Below are positions 1 to 13,700 of a DNA stretch of 55,652 nt, one piece after another (within the stretch, counting starts at the first letter, position 1; every line of letters begins with the position of its first letter). The position numbers and the translations under genes were made by a program. Location: positions 1 through 55,652 of the forward strand of contig JAHBMJ010000169.1 in the NCBI GenBank assembly GCA_018398765.1, given 5' to 3'. The notes below the pieces were generated by a model, which worked only from the letters and a program-made list of their open reading frames with translations, was not told the DNA's origin and made no database searches. The stretch is from Chromera velia (Eukaryota).

Positions 1-33
1 GGAGACGGGGAGTTGGAGGGCCCGACAGCCTCT

Positions 34-75
34 CACACACACGCGCACACACACACAGACACAGACACAGACAAA

Positions 76-110
<35 letters not shown>

Positions 111-186
111 GCAAACAAACAAAAAAAACAAACAAACAAACGAATGAATGAACGAACGAACGAACAAACACACGGAGAAAGAGAGG

Positions 187-245
<59 letters not shown>

Positions 246-260
246 TGAGAGAGAGAGAGG
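34..260. repeat. Compound microsatellite (CA)n/(AAAC)n/(GA)n
   Basis: Directly visible simple repeats. Confidence 0.95.
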
Positions 261-316
261 GAGAGCAGTGTGAGGGTTGAGGTGTCCCCCTCTCTGCGTC
301 TTTCGAGAACTCCTGA

Positions 317-2642
317 ATGCCGGTTCTGTGGGTGCAGCTCGCAAAGCTGGAGGCTTCCCTCTACCTTTCTTTGGGTGTGAGAGGTCTTGACGCTCTGTCT
401 CGTCGTTTGGCCAAAGGTGAGCAAATGTCTTTGTTGGAGGTGAAGGCCTACCTGAACATGCACAGACGGAGGCAGAAGGAGCATCTGAGGTCCAAGAGGC
501 GACTCTCGGCTTCTCAGAGGGCAGAGCGTCATCGTGGAGACAGGGACACACACGCAGGCAAAGGAGACGGGGAGTTGGAGGAGGGGGAGACAGTTTTGGA
601 AGACGGGGGTGATGAAGGGGAAGGGACACTTGAGGGAGACGAGGAGGGGGAGGGAACTTTGGAAGATGAGATCTCATTTAGAGACAGAAAGATCATGCCT
701 CCAAACACGCTTACAGGGACAGAAGAAGGAAATAGAGGAGGTCGAAGAACGAGTGCCCGAAAGGAGGAAGAGGTCAGCTGTCTTGCTTCGGAGAAGTGCA
801 TGATCTCCATTGCCTTGTAATTATGTAGTGACAGAATCGGTATTGAAACAGACATGGGGAATCGGTATTATGGGCAATCGGATTTGAAACAGACATGTGC
901 GTTTCGTCTTGGCTGAAAAAGAAGTCATAAAGTCTATCTTTCTATCTTTCCTTCCTTCCTTCCTTCCCTCTTTCTTTGACTGCATGTTGTTTCCTACCTC
1001 TTTCTTCTTCCTTCCATTCTCTAGTTGCCTGGTGTTTCCTTCGGCCCTTGTTTCCTCCTGCATGCCTTGCAACGCTGTGATAGCGCAGTAGCATTTTCGT
1101 ACTCGCTTGCTTTCATCAAGAATGACCTTTCATTTCTTGACATGCAGAGAGCCGTGAACGAGCTTGCTGCTCTCCCTGTCGCCCGACCATCCAATTCCCC
1201 GGTGAGGCGCGCCTCCTCCATATCCGATGAGGTGCTCCGAAAGTTTCTCGCAAAGGGCCCCGGCAGTGCTGCGAGTGCCGGGGTCCTTGATGGGACCGCC
1301 GAGCTTGAGGTTCTTGCTGGGGTCTCTGAGCGCTGCAGGGCTTTTCAGGAAAAGTGGGCGAACTTTCGAAATGAAATGCAGACCATTCGTGCTGAAATGC
1401 AGTCAAGTCTTCTGACAGGGAAAGCCAGCCGTGACCCCAGCGTGTTGTTGGGGCAAGGGATAGCAGGGGGCAATGGACTCAGAGAAGGCGGATCCCGCCT
1501 GCTCCCCATGCACATGAACAGACGTTCCTCGGCTCCTGCCGCGATGGGCACATTGGAAGAGATGACAGCCCCCTGCTGCCCTGTGCACCCAATCTCTTCT
1601 TCTGTACAGTCTGTTCCTTCTGCTGTTTCTCCGTGCTGTGTGCATGGGGGAGGGGGTGGGGGGAGGGGAGTTGAGGCGTGTGCGTTCTCTTTCAACAAGA
1701 CATTGCTAGTTGAGGAGACCGCAGTTTTGGGCCCTGTTGAGTCAAGGGCCCCGGCATACCGCCATTCTGCAGGTGCAGTGCTGTTCCCGAAAGCCGGGGT
1801 CCAATCTCAATTGAGACATCCTAACGAGGACCTCTCGGCCGAGGCTGGTGCAGTTCGGCAGGTGAGGGCACTAGAGGCCCTGCAGAAGACGATAGAGCAC
1901 TGCGAGAGCGCAATAGACTCTCTGCAGAGACGGAGGGCGAAGTCGAGAGACAGGGAGAGGGCAGAGAGACAAATGAGGCGCCCACGAAGGGCCCCAAAAG
2001 GAAACGAGGGGGTCCCGGGGCCCTCTTTGCGAAGGGGGGATTGTGCAGAGGATGAAAACGCAGAGGAGGAAGAAGAGGATGAGGCCCTCGAAATTTTGGC
2101 GGACAGACTTTCGATATTGAAGGGGGAGAAAGAGAAAGACAGAGAAGCGTCATCCCCTCACAGAAGAGCTGCGAAAGGAATGAAGACAAAAGGAAGAGGC
2201 CGATTGAGTCCAAGGACCCATCCAGAACGGCAGAAGTACCCTGTCAGCGGTCCTTCGCTGCCTCCTTCTCCCTCTTCCAGTCCCCTGAGAAAGTCCAAAA
2301 ACGGACGCTCCTCCCATTCGCGTCCCCACCCCGAAAAAGGCCTAACTGTGCAGGGCAGCAAAAATAGAAGCAAAGAAAAGGGGACGGAGACCACATCAGA
2401 AGCCATGGAGCGCATGCACGCAGCTGCAAAGGTCAGTCAAAATTGCAGTGTCCAAAAACATGCTGTCCTGAATAGTGCACAGATCAGGCAAGACAAGAGA
2501 TTGAATGGCATGCCTGCGGCAGTCCATGATGCAAGCGAGAAATCTTTCAAGAAGGAATCATGGTCAGAAAGAAAGAAAGAAAGAAAGAAAGAAACAAACA
2601 AATAAACAGACAAGCAAACAAACAAACAAACAAACAAACAAA

Positions 2643-2682
<40 letters not shown>

Positions 2683-2702
2683 AAGAAAGAAAGAAAGAAC
2701 GA

Positions 2703-2734
<32 letters not shown>

Positions 2735-2769
2735 AGAAAAGAAAGAAAGAAAGAAAGAAAGAAAGAAAA

Positions 2770-2809
<40 letters not shown>

Positions 2810-5800
2810 GCAGCATGCATTTTGTTCAATAATGCCAAGTATGAAAATAAATGCATTTGTTCAATAATGCATCCAATCCCCCAAGTATGCTAGCACACGC
2901 TCTCTCTCTGTTTTCTTACAAGAAAAAAAAATATTGCATGCGTGCTCACAAACGACACCCGAATTCCTTCTCTCTCACTCTTCCCTTCTCTTCCCTCCCT
3001 CCCCGCAGGAAATTCTCGATAGAGCCGAGCGAGAGGCAGAGAAAGTGAGACAGAGAGCCAGGAACAGGAGAATGCCTGTTCCTCCAGGAAAACGAAGAAG
3101 CGACGTAAATCCTCCTTCAGACTCGCCCACAAGCCTCCTCTCTCCTACTGGGAAGGAAAAAGAAAGAGAGAGACACGGTGCAACAGAACGAGACCGGGGT
3201 CTGCGTGGAGGAAGGGGAGCAGGTCCTCTCCCTCTCCAACACGACTCCAAACAGTGGGCAGGGCACAGAGGCAGAGAAGGAGGGGGCTGCTCTGTTCGAC
3301 GCACCAGAAGAACTCCTTCTCCGACGGTGAGTGAGAAAGGATGTGCGCGCACAGACAGACAGACAGTCGTTCAGATTGATACCTGACAGAGAGGAAAGAT
3401 CATAGGCGGAGGTGCTCTGTCTATTTTCGGCTCAGTGATACATGCATTGCTTGAATTTCTCCCGTCATTTGAATAGCCGCGTCATCCCTTCTGGGCCCTC
3501 TGTCGCCGTGCGCATTTCACTCTCTGTGTCTTTCTCTCTGTCTGCGTGTGTGAGTGTCTATGAATAGTGTGGGTACGTGCGTGAGCTGTGCTTTGGTCTC
3601 TTTCTGAGTCTGTTCCCAGTCCTCGAACAACGAAATGGGGATTCGAAGTTTGACTCTTTTACTTTTCTCTGTTTCTCTTCTTGCAGATATACGCGCACGG
3701 CCCCATGTCCTCCCAATCTCTCCAGTTCCCAGGGGGCCCCCTTCCCTTCGAGGACGACGACAACATTCCCAACAGAAGTAGAAGAGCAGATGGAAGGGGA
3801 AAGACGGAGCGAAACCCCATGGAAGCTCCTCAGCTATCGGATGGTCAGGGCTCCCCCCTCAGAGCAGCAGGGAGTCCCTCCTCGTCCCCGTCTCCGGATC
3901 TACCCATTCTCCATGGAGAAGGGTGGGGGGAAGGAGGCACTTCCCCCCTGCCTCACCCCAGAGATGCCTTTGCGCTTCCATTCCCCTATCCTCCCAGCAG
4001 CAGGAGAGGAGGGGGGGAGGGGTCGCCTTTCTCAAGAAGAGGACCCCATCCGCATCATTCGGGGGGCAGGGGGGATCCTTTTTCCTCAAACGCCTATCCG
4101 CACTCTCGTCGTTCTTTCCGCCCCTCTCCCCGTGGGGGGGGGCAAAGCCAGTTACATCCTTCTTATGGGGGTGCTTACAGGGGTGATCGTTCTCACCGAT
4201 GGCAAGGTAGCAGGTCTCCTTTCTCTGCCCGCCGAAATGACAGAGAAGGGGCAGGGCCTTCATATCCGAATCAGTATGGGGGGAATCCCTTGGACAGTCT
4301 GCCGGGAGTGCCGTGGGAGTGCGCAGACTGGGGCCCCGCAATGAAGGATTTCGCTTTCCCGGACTCTTCTCCAGCAGACGCATGCCCTGGGTGGGACGGT
4401 CAAAAAGACTCTCAGGGTAATGCCGGGAGACCCCCGAGTTCACGGAGACGGCGTTCTTCTTCGCCTGGAAGAAGGAGCACTGCGATGTCCCGGGAAAGAG
4501 AGAGAATGCCTGTGGGGGGGGACGGATCTCTTGTTCCTCCCCCTCCTCCTCATTCCCATCAAGGGAGGGGTGTGGGTGAGGGGGAGGATTCCACAGCCGC
4601 AGAGGCAGAGGCAGAGAAAGAAAGGAGCAGTAGAGGCGGGAAGGAAAGCAGAAGGAGTAGGGCAGGCACGGGGACAGGAGAAGAACAACAACACGCGATC
4701 TTAGAAAGATTGGCCAACCTCGAAAATCAGGTCCGTCCGTCAGGCTTTTTTTGACACACACGTCGGTCCCAAATGATCTTCTGTTCTGTTTCCTGTTCAA
4801 ACTGGAAGCTCAGCTCACTTCTCTGATTCAATTGCTGCGCATCGGTCGTTTTTCTTTTTCTGTTCACTGTTCTTGGCACACGTTCAGTGAATGAGAGAGT
4901 ACACGGCTCTCATTTCGCTATCATGGGGTACGAATACGCATGCCTGAATTAATCCGCTCTAGCTCTTTCAGCTGGGAGTTTTCCTTCAACGCCTAGTACC
5001 GAAACCAAACCCCTACTCGTCCGTTCCGTGTGTGATAAATGCTCAAGTGAATACACTCTTCATCCTTGCAGCTCGGGTCCACTCTGGCAGCCTTGACCAA
5101 ATACTCCCCCCCTCAAACAGTGACGGTATCTGTCGCAAACCCACAGCAGACCCTGCCAACAGCTGCCTCACAGCCCCCCCCCTCTCCTTCAGGACCCACC
5201 TCCCCCATTTCACCCCCCATGCTCCCGCCTGTGCAGCTCCCCCCCTCCGCCCTCCAACAGCACCCAAGCAACCAAACAGTGCAGCTTCAACCTCAGGTGG
5301 CTTCCATGCAGCATGTGGAGGTCCCGCACGTCCAGCTTTGTTCCAAAACTTCCCCCTCACAGCCCGCGTACTGGCAACAGCAGTCTCAACAGACGCACGA
5401 CCCACAGCCACTTGTAGCCACAGTTGCTCATGCAACACACCAACCGCATCCAAATCAACAAACAGACCATCCGGCAAGTCAGCAGAGCCTCAACAATCAG
5501 TTAAGCTCACCCCACCACGCCCATCCAATAGGAGCCAAATTCATCGGCCCTCCTCCAGTCATGCGCACCCCTGTTGTTCCTTCTGTAGCAGTTCCATCCG
5601 AGCCCTCTCACCCACAGCCGCTTCCTCGGGCATCTTCACACGTAAGTCTCAGCGGTCGCTCGATGGCATCATCGTATTCTCTTTTCTTCTTGTTTCTCAT
5701 TCTGAATTCCTGGATTCTCTTTCTTCGTCAATAACCCCTCCTACCTTCTCTGTATCAATTCTCGAACGTGAGCTGTTTCTTTCTTCACTCACTCAAGTAA

Positions 5801-6279
5801 GCCCTCAATTTCTCATCCCATTCCCGCCTCCCCTTGCTCAGTGTGAGTTGAAATTGAAAATTGATTCTCTTACATGACGAAGTAGTTGCATTCTTGCATA
5901 CATTACCAATTTCTTGTGCATTCTGCGTACACTAATAATTTCTTGGCCGTTCCTTTTTTTGTTTTTGGATCTGTACGTGCAGACCTTTTCGATTCCCACC
6001 CCCACCGTCAGACGCACAAACCCAATGGCCGCCTCCCACGGACCCATACAGGCCCCCCCTGTGTCCAACTTCTCCGCATCCAACCTGTCCAACCCCCACC
6101 TCCTCGTGCAACACTTCCAAGCACTCGGGCTTCAGCAACAGCAGCAACAAGCGTCAAGCCAGTCCCCCTACATGCAGGCACAGCGCCAGCCTGCCGCCAT
6201 GCAAACAGGGGGCGCACGCACGCCCACACACGGACAGCAGATGCAGCCAATGCAGCAGCCGATGCAGACATTTCCTTGA
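317..6279 (+). CDS. Multi-exon uncharacterised low-complexity protein with coiled-coil segments; 5' end uncertain. Exons about 317/338-772, 1148-2431, 3009-3326, 3687-4730, 5072-5641, 5983-6279
   Basis: Consecutive ORFs join in frame through canonical GT..AG introns (donors gtcagc 773, gtcagt 2432, gtgagt 3327, gtccgt 4731, gtaagt 5642; acceptors cag ending 1147, 3008, 3686, 5071, 5982), all phase 0. Heptad-like segments LEALQKTIEHCESAIDSL and ILERLANLENQL; P/Q-rich C-terminus. The first junction is the least certain. Confidence 0.75.
2566..2808. repeat. Intronic compound microsatellite (GAAA)n/(CAAA)n/(GA)n
   Basis: Directly visible; lies inside intron 2432-3008. Confidence 0.95.
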
Positions 6280-7799
6280 CAGACAGAGAGAAGACAGAAG
6301 GGACAGGAGGCCCGTAGAAAAGGAAAAAGACTTGGCGGGAGGACACATAAACAGAAATGAGAAGATCCGCACATAAAAAGAAAAAGCAGGGGAGAAAAAA
6401 GGACCAATAGAGGGAGAAAGGGAGAGAAGTGCTGGAGCAGTATCCGAAATTGGAGAAAATCAGGAATAGGTCAGGAAAATTTTATCATTCAACGGCGGAA
6501 AGAAGACGAAGCTTGATTACTTGCCTGTACTACCCTCTCCCTTTCTTCTCTCTCTCTCTGCACACGCGGGGAAGAGCGAGATGGAGAGCGAGATGGAGAG
6601 CGAGAGCGGGAGAGAAGGAGAGAGGCGGGACTTGTGAGGGAGGGAGGGGTGGTTAGGGGTTGTGGTGTGGCTTTCCGTGAATCGCGTTACTCTGTGCGCG
6701 TATCTGGAGACAATTAGACTCTTTCGCTTCCTGTGCACCTTATGCGTGCAGTGTTTCGCATGTCTCATCAGTGCCACGATGATGTCACCGTAGCCACACG
6801 CAGGTGTAGGAAGAGCTCTAAAGAACAAATTTGTGCAGTGCATCGATGTCATTCTGTGCTCCTCAAATTCAACTTTCGAGGGAGAAACTGACAAGCAGAG
6901 GGGGTCAGGGCAGGGCAGGGAGTCTTAAAGAAGGCGAAGAAATCGAAGAATTGAAGGAATTAAGGGCCTAGCTCGGTAGTTCTGCATGGACGTAACAAAG
7001 TGGGAATTTGAGGTCGAGACGTTTTCTCTTCTCATTTAAATTTGCTTCCCTCAAACTCGTCTTTGTGAGGCATCGATCGACTGAACGATGTGAGCCGCTT
7101 TTAGAATATGCAGAGAATTCGTCTTACACCTACAAAAACAAGTGAGCGCTGCTGTCCATGTCGAAGAGCACTGGACAAACTGACTGCCTTTCTCAATCCA
7201 GCCCTTGTCCACCATTTTTTCCCCGCTTTCCGTTCCCACTGACGATGTTCCCGAAGGACTCTATTTGGAGTTCCTTAGCTATGCATTGGTTTTTATCAAA
7301 TTCGCTTTCCACGTCTTCACTTTTGTTGAGCGGATCGGGGTTTGTATTGCGTTGCATCAGAACTCGATCACGTCATGATATAATCTACTAATCTAGGATG
7401 TAATTCAATAAAAAATGTATATAAATTTATGATTTAAGTGTTCATAACCATATTTAACATTAACTCACAGATTTAAGTGCCAGTAGGTGTCAGAAGCTTA
7501 ATCCAATTCGGACCAATTCGGTTCACCGGCTTATAGTCATTTATTTATTCCTAGATGTCTTCATGCATTCATTTGTATTAAATTCATATTTGTTTAGTAT
7601 TTAAATCTTCAGTCATTCACTCACTTACTAGTGGTCACGGTATATTTATTCAAATTTATTTATTTATTGAATTTTATTCATTTATTCATTAATTTAGTTA
7701 TTGGTTCGATCGTTTAGGCTAGTATCTATTCATTTATTCAGCCACGCTACTGATGAAAACTAGAAGATTTGGCTTGACTAAGGAGATAAGCTAGTTTCT

Positions 7800-8435
7800 A
7801 AGCTAGTTTAGAGTCTTTCCTGCCTGAGATCGAAGCTTTGGATCGAATCGTTTCTTTTTTAGAGTAAAAAACAGCCGAAAGGGTCAAAATCATAGAGTTC
7901 TGTACAACAGACATCAGTGAGAGACTGCCGAGAGTCTCCTCTCTCCCAGTGAAACCATAGAAACCTGCCTGGAGGCGATAAAAACCACTTCTCTTACGGA
8001 ATAAAAATCTAGTACTGCTCAAGATAGTAACCCAGAACACAGAAGCCTATAAACAGAGGCAAAGGCAGAAACAGACTAGGAAACAGAAAGATGAAAAGAA
8101 CTATGAAAAAAAGAAAAAACAATAAAAAGTAAAAAAAAGATGAAAAAAAAAAAATGATATAGATAGTGTTGGTAGGTATTGCACTATAGGTATTGCATGG
8201 TTTCTTGAAACATGCATAGAACTGCCCTCAAATTTATTTAAGGCTGGAAACTGCTGCTGTGCTGCAGACTTAGTACTGGACAGAGGTCCTGGAGGTCCAG
8301 TGGAGGAAAAGCAACACTGACTACATATGCAAAGACAGTGTACATTGAAGAGAAGTTCCAGAAGATAAGCGTGGACGTTGTGTTCCCGCAGGAAACCCGT
8401 TCCCACAGGGAGATAGAACTTGTAACAGAAGGTCA
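7800..8435 (+). mobile_element. Degenerate 5' fragment of an RTE-type LINE related to the element at 39945-43881
   Basis: Aligns by eye to 40022-40510: gtttagagtctttcc..gctttggatcgaa..gagttctg..gagagtct..ggcaaaggcag, and gtggacgttgtgttcccgcaggaaacccgt versus gtggacgttgcgttcctgcaggaaacccgt (APE motif VDVAFLQETR). Strongly AT-shifted. Confidence 0.8.
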
Positions 8436-9565
8436 TGTATGCATAATTTAATAAAACAAGTGATATTGTACTGTCACAATAACTATATTTATCCTATAGT
8501 TTGGTAAAGATAAATAGAAAGTTCTTATTAAAAAAGCTCTAGAAGAAACTGCATCTAAAAACGTAAAGTCTTCTAACTAGAAAGACTTAAGAGCCTAGAG
8601 CCTTAAAAAAACTTTGCATTCGATGACATTTACATCGTGTCCCAATATGAACCTTTTCAATTTCGCAGCTACGTCGCAGAACTAGTCGCAGAAATTATTC
8701 GCTTTCTGCTTTCTTCTGTTTGAATGCAGGCGGACTAATGATTCGCTTGAGCACTGTCAGAGCACATGCAGGAGACTGCAACAAACTCACAGCTGATGGA
8801 TAAAAGCCTGTCTGCCTGCCTTGACATGGGACACGTACGACCACGAAATCTGCCGCTCCTTGAGTCTGCCAGTTCCTTCCAGAGCCTACCGGTCGTCTGG
8901 GGCAAGACCCACCGGCAGCCTGAGGCAAAGAACAACTCCCTTCCCCCCACTCCCACCCTCCCGCTTCCGTCCTGAGGTCCACTAGATGCAAACAGAGTGA
9001 AGCAAGTCTGCTGACGTCTCTGACGACATTCCAATACCGTTGCTTCCAAGAATAACTGCCAGGACTGGATATAGTCTCACTTCTCTCCCGGTGAGCGCAC
9101 CGCCCCGCAAGCCAAGTTTCACGTCCTTGTCAGATGATCCAGAAAAGTTCCCCGTGGTCCCCGCTCCAGAAAAGTTCCCCATGGTCCCCCGAAACACCCA
9201 AACGTTTTCGTCCCCCCCCCCCAATGACTGAATCAGATACTGCTGCGTCCCGTCGAATCCCCAAGAGCACTCGGCCCGTACCTCCACTGTCTCAAAGAAA
9301 GTGCGCCTCCCGATCTGCACCTTCACGCCGATTAATCCACGAAGAAGATGATGGACCGCGGTCCATCGAGAAGACCCTCCCCCCCCCCCCCTCTTCTGGT
9401 CACAGGGACCAGGCATCAGGACCCAAAGCTCGAAAGCTTTCGCATAACCCCCGCCCCCCCCCGTTCCCCTCCCCGACCCAGCCAAACAGCTCCAAGAGCT
9501 GCACGAACAAACACGACCAGCTCCAAGAGCTGCCAATTCTTCTTATGCGTTCACTGGCGGTCGTC

Positions 9566-9653
9566 AACGCAAACTCTCAGGGCGCCGACGTGAACGCAAA
9601 CTCTCAGGGCGCCGACGTGAACGCAAACTCTCAGGGCGCCGACGTGAACGCAA
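9566..9653 (+). repeat. 27-bp tandem repeat x3 (aacgcaaactctcagggcgccgacgtg; NANSQGADV on + strand)
   Basis: Three exact copies at 9566, 9593, 9620; a different 27-bp duplication at 9138/9165. Confidence 0.95.
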
Positions 9654-9987
9654 GGGTGCCGTTTGAGATGAACATGTGTAATCCGTTGTACCATAACGAC
9701 GACGAACAGACCATCTGCAGACACCTGCAAGTCGGAAGACAAGGGAGGAGAGGAGCAGAGGGCAAGTCATCGAGAATACATAGTGGATCAGTGGGTGGAA
9801 ATTTCACAAAGAAAGATGGGGGGACAAGAAACGGACTGGCAGATCACCGGCAGCAGACAAGACCAGGGAGTTCTTTTTACAGACAGACAGACAGACAGAC
9901 GCACACACGCAGACCACGCACACACGCACACGCACACGCACACGCACGCACGCAGGCACACGCACGCACACACGCACGCATGCCACA

Positions 9988-10027
<40 letters not shown>

Positions 10028-10039
10028 ACAGACAGACAG

Positions 10040-10110
<71 letters not shown>

Positions 10111-10126
10111 CACACACACACACACA

Positions 10127-10160
<34 letters not shown>

Positions 10161-10240
10161 NNNNNNNNNNNNNNNNNNNNNNNNNNNNNNNNNNNNNNNN
10201 NNNNNNNNNNNNNNNNNNNNNNNNNNNNNNNNNNNNNNNN

Positions 10241-10630
10241 AACGCAAACTCTCAGGGCGCCGACGTGAACGCAAACTCTCAGGGCGCCGACGTGAACGCA
10301 AGGGTGCCGTTTGAGATGAACATGTGTAATCCGTTGTACCATAACGACGACGAACAGACCATCTGCAGACACCTGCAAGTCGGAAGACAAGGGAGGAGAG
10401 GAGCAGAGGGCAAGTCATCGAGAATACATAGTGGATCAGTGGGTGGAAATTTCACAAAGAAAGATGGGGGGACAAGAAACGGACTGGCAGATCACCGGCA
10501 GCAGACAAGACCAGGGAGTTCTTTTTACAGACAGACAGACAGACAGACGCACACACGCAGACCACGCACACACGCACACGCACACGCACACGCACGCACG
10601 CAGGCACACGCACGCACACACGCACGCATG

Positions 10631-10640
<10 letters not shown>
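10241..10640 (+). repeat. Near-exact copy of 9593-~9990 across an N gap (probable assembly duplication)
   Basis: Identical sequence at a 648-bp offset, starting exactly after the gap 10161-10240. Confidence 0.85.
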
Positions 10641-10664
<24 letters not shown>

Positions 10665-10696
10665 CACACACACGACACACACAAGACACACACAAG

Positions 10697-10730
<34 letters not shown>

Positions 10731-13700
10731 ACAGACACACAGACGTGAGAGGTTTGGTTTGGAGACAGACGGTTCGGACGGGCGGGGACACACAAAAGCT
10801 CGTCAAGTGAAAAGAGCACGTCCCTCTCCCGCCCCCACGCTCACACACGCGCGCTCCCTCTCTCTCAGACACACCGACGCACACACGCACGCAGACATTT
10901 GGGCTCGCATGCTCGCACAGACGCACGCACGTTCTGTCTTGTCTCTCGCATACACACATTACAAAGGCAGGCTCGCGGGGAGGCAGACACGAGAACATGC
11001 CTGAGGCTAGTCAGGATGCACAAATCAAAAGGGCATGGAATCGAAAAGCCCAAAGAGTCTGCCGCAGACACACGTTCCCGGGTGCAGCGAAACAATGTCA
11101 GGCGGGTAGAGACCAGAATACTGTCCACTGTGAAGGCCGAGAAGCATGAAGGAAGAAACGCTCAGAAAAGCAGATGTCATGTACAGAAGCTACGCTGAAG
11201 GCCCGAGAAGCGCAAGCAAACTGAAGCTGAATACGTTGACTCATGACGACACCAGAACAACAGTGGACGGCAGCTGACAGGCCCTACGGGCTCACAAGCC
11301 CCCTGTCACAGACAGACAAGTCACGCACGCCCAGACGCACCCAACAAAAAAAGCATGCTCCCAACTCGGGTGCGCCCCCTCTCCAATGCAGCCATATGCC
11401 TGCCTGCCGACCGACCGACGGACCCCTGCGCGTCAGGCTGTTGGTGTCAATGTTCTGGTCCTCGAGGTACTAGTTCTCCTTCGAGTTTCTCGGTGTTGAT
11501 GCGTGCATGACGATGACGATGGTCTCCATGCACAGGTATGTTTTCAAGAGTTGTTCTTAAGGACCGACCGAGTCATTCCTTCCACGCACAAAGCGGGCAG
11601 ACTCCACACTTCAAGCGGGCACCGTGTCCCTCCCCCTTTTGAATTGGAGACCGTCAGGGCAGGAGGCGCTGAGGTTGGTTGGTTGATCACGTCCTCCCGA
11701 CAGACTTCCGAAACAAGCAAGACATCTGGGGTGGTTCAGGTCAAAGTAGTTTCTTTCCGGGGCTCAAACGGTCTCTCTGATCATGCCTGAATGATTCGCG
11801 TTCAAGGCGGTGTAGCCCGAAGATGATGGACAAGGCACAAGCACGAAAGGGGTGCTGCAGTTGACGAGGACCTCAGCATCAGTGTGACTCGATGATACCA
11901 AGCCGACAGGGGAGGCGGTCTGCACACACGTAGCATAGAGGGGGGAGGGTTGAGGTGAGAAAATGGAACCAATGCTTTTTGGCGTAACATGCTGACGTGC
12001 ACACCCCAACACACACGTATGCATGGACACAGATGCGCACCAGTCCCATGGGCGTACTGATCACCCCTCGCTCCTTTTCTTCTTCTTTCATCCGCACAAC
12101 TTAGTGGTAGAAATGAACGCGCCACACAATGAAGTGGGCAGGCAAACAAGCAGGCACGGAGCCGTGCGTACATCTAAGAGGAAACTGGGAAACAAAAAGA
12201 GGGGGCGTGGAGAAAGGTATGAAGAAACAGGAATACACCGGGTGCCCTCTCTCATGCTGACAGTTCCACACACACACTCGACAGACGTGTGGGAACGGGC
12301 TAGAGAGAGAACGAACACACTCGCGTGCGCAACCACTCTCCGTGCATATTCCTTGCGGAGAGGCAGGCGGGCAGGCAGGCAGGCAGGCAAAGACAGAGAG
12401 TCAAAAAAAGGGATCGGCCAGCCACATAGAGAGGGACAGGAAGACAGACAGACCGACCATCTCTCCACACTCTGTGGGACGTTTCCGGTGTACACATAGA
12501 CGGCAGTCGGTAGGGGCCTTCTTCGCCACAGGGCACTCTTTTCTTCAGGGACTCGACTGCTTTCGGCTTGGGCGAGGCCTTGGCCTTGGGTTTGGCAGGA
12601 CTCTTCTTCTTTGCCACTGCTTTCGGAGCCATCGTGAAAGAAGAACTCAGAGAGCGATATCTGGCGGTCGCTCTTGAACAGATCGTGTCAAGTCCTCATC
12701 AAAATGCTTCACGAGTCTGGTGGAGCGGCGTCGTGCTTCATGGAGACAAGTCGGAAGGAACAGATGGTGAGGGCGCCCTCGGGCGGTTGGGCCAGAGCAG
12801 TGGCGGACGGGGTGGGTGACGTTCCTCAGCAGAGCCAGGCGGTCTTGGCGTGTGGGGTTAGAGTAGGAGGGGATCAGGGGGAGGTAGAGGGGCGCAGTCA
12901 ACCTCCATCTCTGCGTCCGTGTCGTGTTCAGGCTGCTCACTGAAGGTGCAGGCTGCAGAAACGTGTCAGTTGAGGGGAAGGGGGGGGGGGNNNNNNNNNN
13001 NNNNNNNNNNNNNNNNNNNNNNNNNNNNNNNNNNNNNNNNNNNNNNNNNNNNNNNNNNNNNNNNNNNNNNNNNNNNNNNNNNNNNNNNNNNNNNNNNNNN
13101 NNNNNNNNNNNNNNNNNNNNNNNNNNNNNNNNNNNNNNNNNNNNNNNNNNNNNNNNNNNNNNNNNNNNNNNNNNNNNNNNNNNNNNNNNNNNNNNNNNNN
13201 NNNNNNNNNNNNNNNNNNNNNNNNNNNNNNNNNNNNNNNNNNNNNNNNNNNNNNNNNNNNNNNNNNNNNNNNNNNNNNNNNNNNNNNNNNNNNNNNNNNN
13301 NNNNNNNNNNNNNNNNNNNNNNNNNNNNNNNNNNNNNNNNNNNGGGGGGGGGGGGAGATGTAATGAGGTGAGAACATATGAACACACCGTCTCAGAGGGG
13401 CGGGCTGACGGAGGGAAAAGGCAGCAGAGAAGAAAACGAATGCGAAACCATGTGAAGGGGCGATGATAGAAGGTTCCTTCTGGACAAAGAAGACGGGAGA
13501 TAGGGGAATGGGAGGGGAGCCGAGGAACGAAGACGGCCACTTTGGGCCATGAGCAGGGCAAGAACAGGAACAGACAGAAACTCCTGAAATACAGACGCAG
13601 CGGACAGGTCGACAGACGCACCTCTCGGCAGATCTCCCTCTCGGACGGTCACGCCCAGGAAGTGGACGTCAGACAAGCCGCAGAGGAATTCCTCTCAGAG

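Noticed and set aside
1..19. 19-bp match to 563-581
   Set aside because: At the window edge; cannot distinguish a larger upstream duplication or assembly artefact from chance in purine-rich sequence.
7745..7800. Hammerhead-like ctgatga motif upstream of the RTE fragment
   Set aside because: No supporting stems or correctly placed GAAA core identified.
9566..9653. Possible CRISPR-like array
   Set aside because: Head-to-tail repeats without spacers, in a eukaryotic context with no cas genes.
9593..10640. Apparent 648-bp tandem duplication and a 558-aa ORF
   Set aside because: The copy starts exactly at an N gap and is identical, so it is most likely an assembly overlap; the ORF runs through Ns and microsatellites.
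12919..13621. Long ORFs spanning 12991-13343
   Set aside because: Artefacts of translating the N gap.
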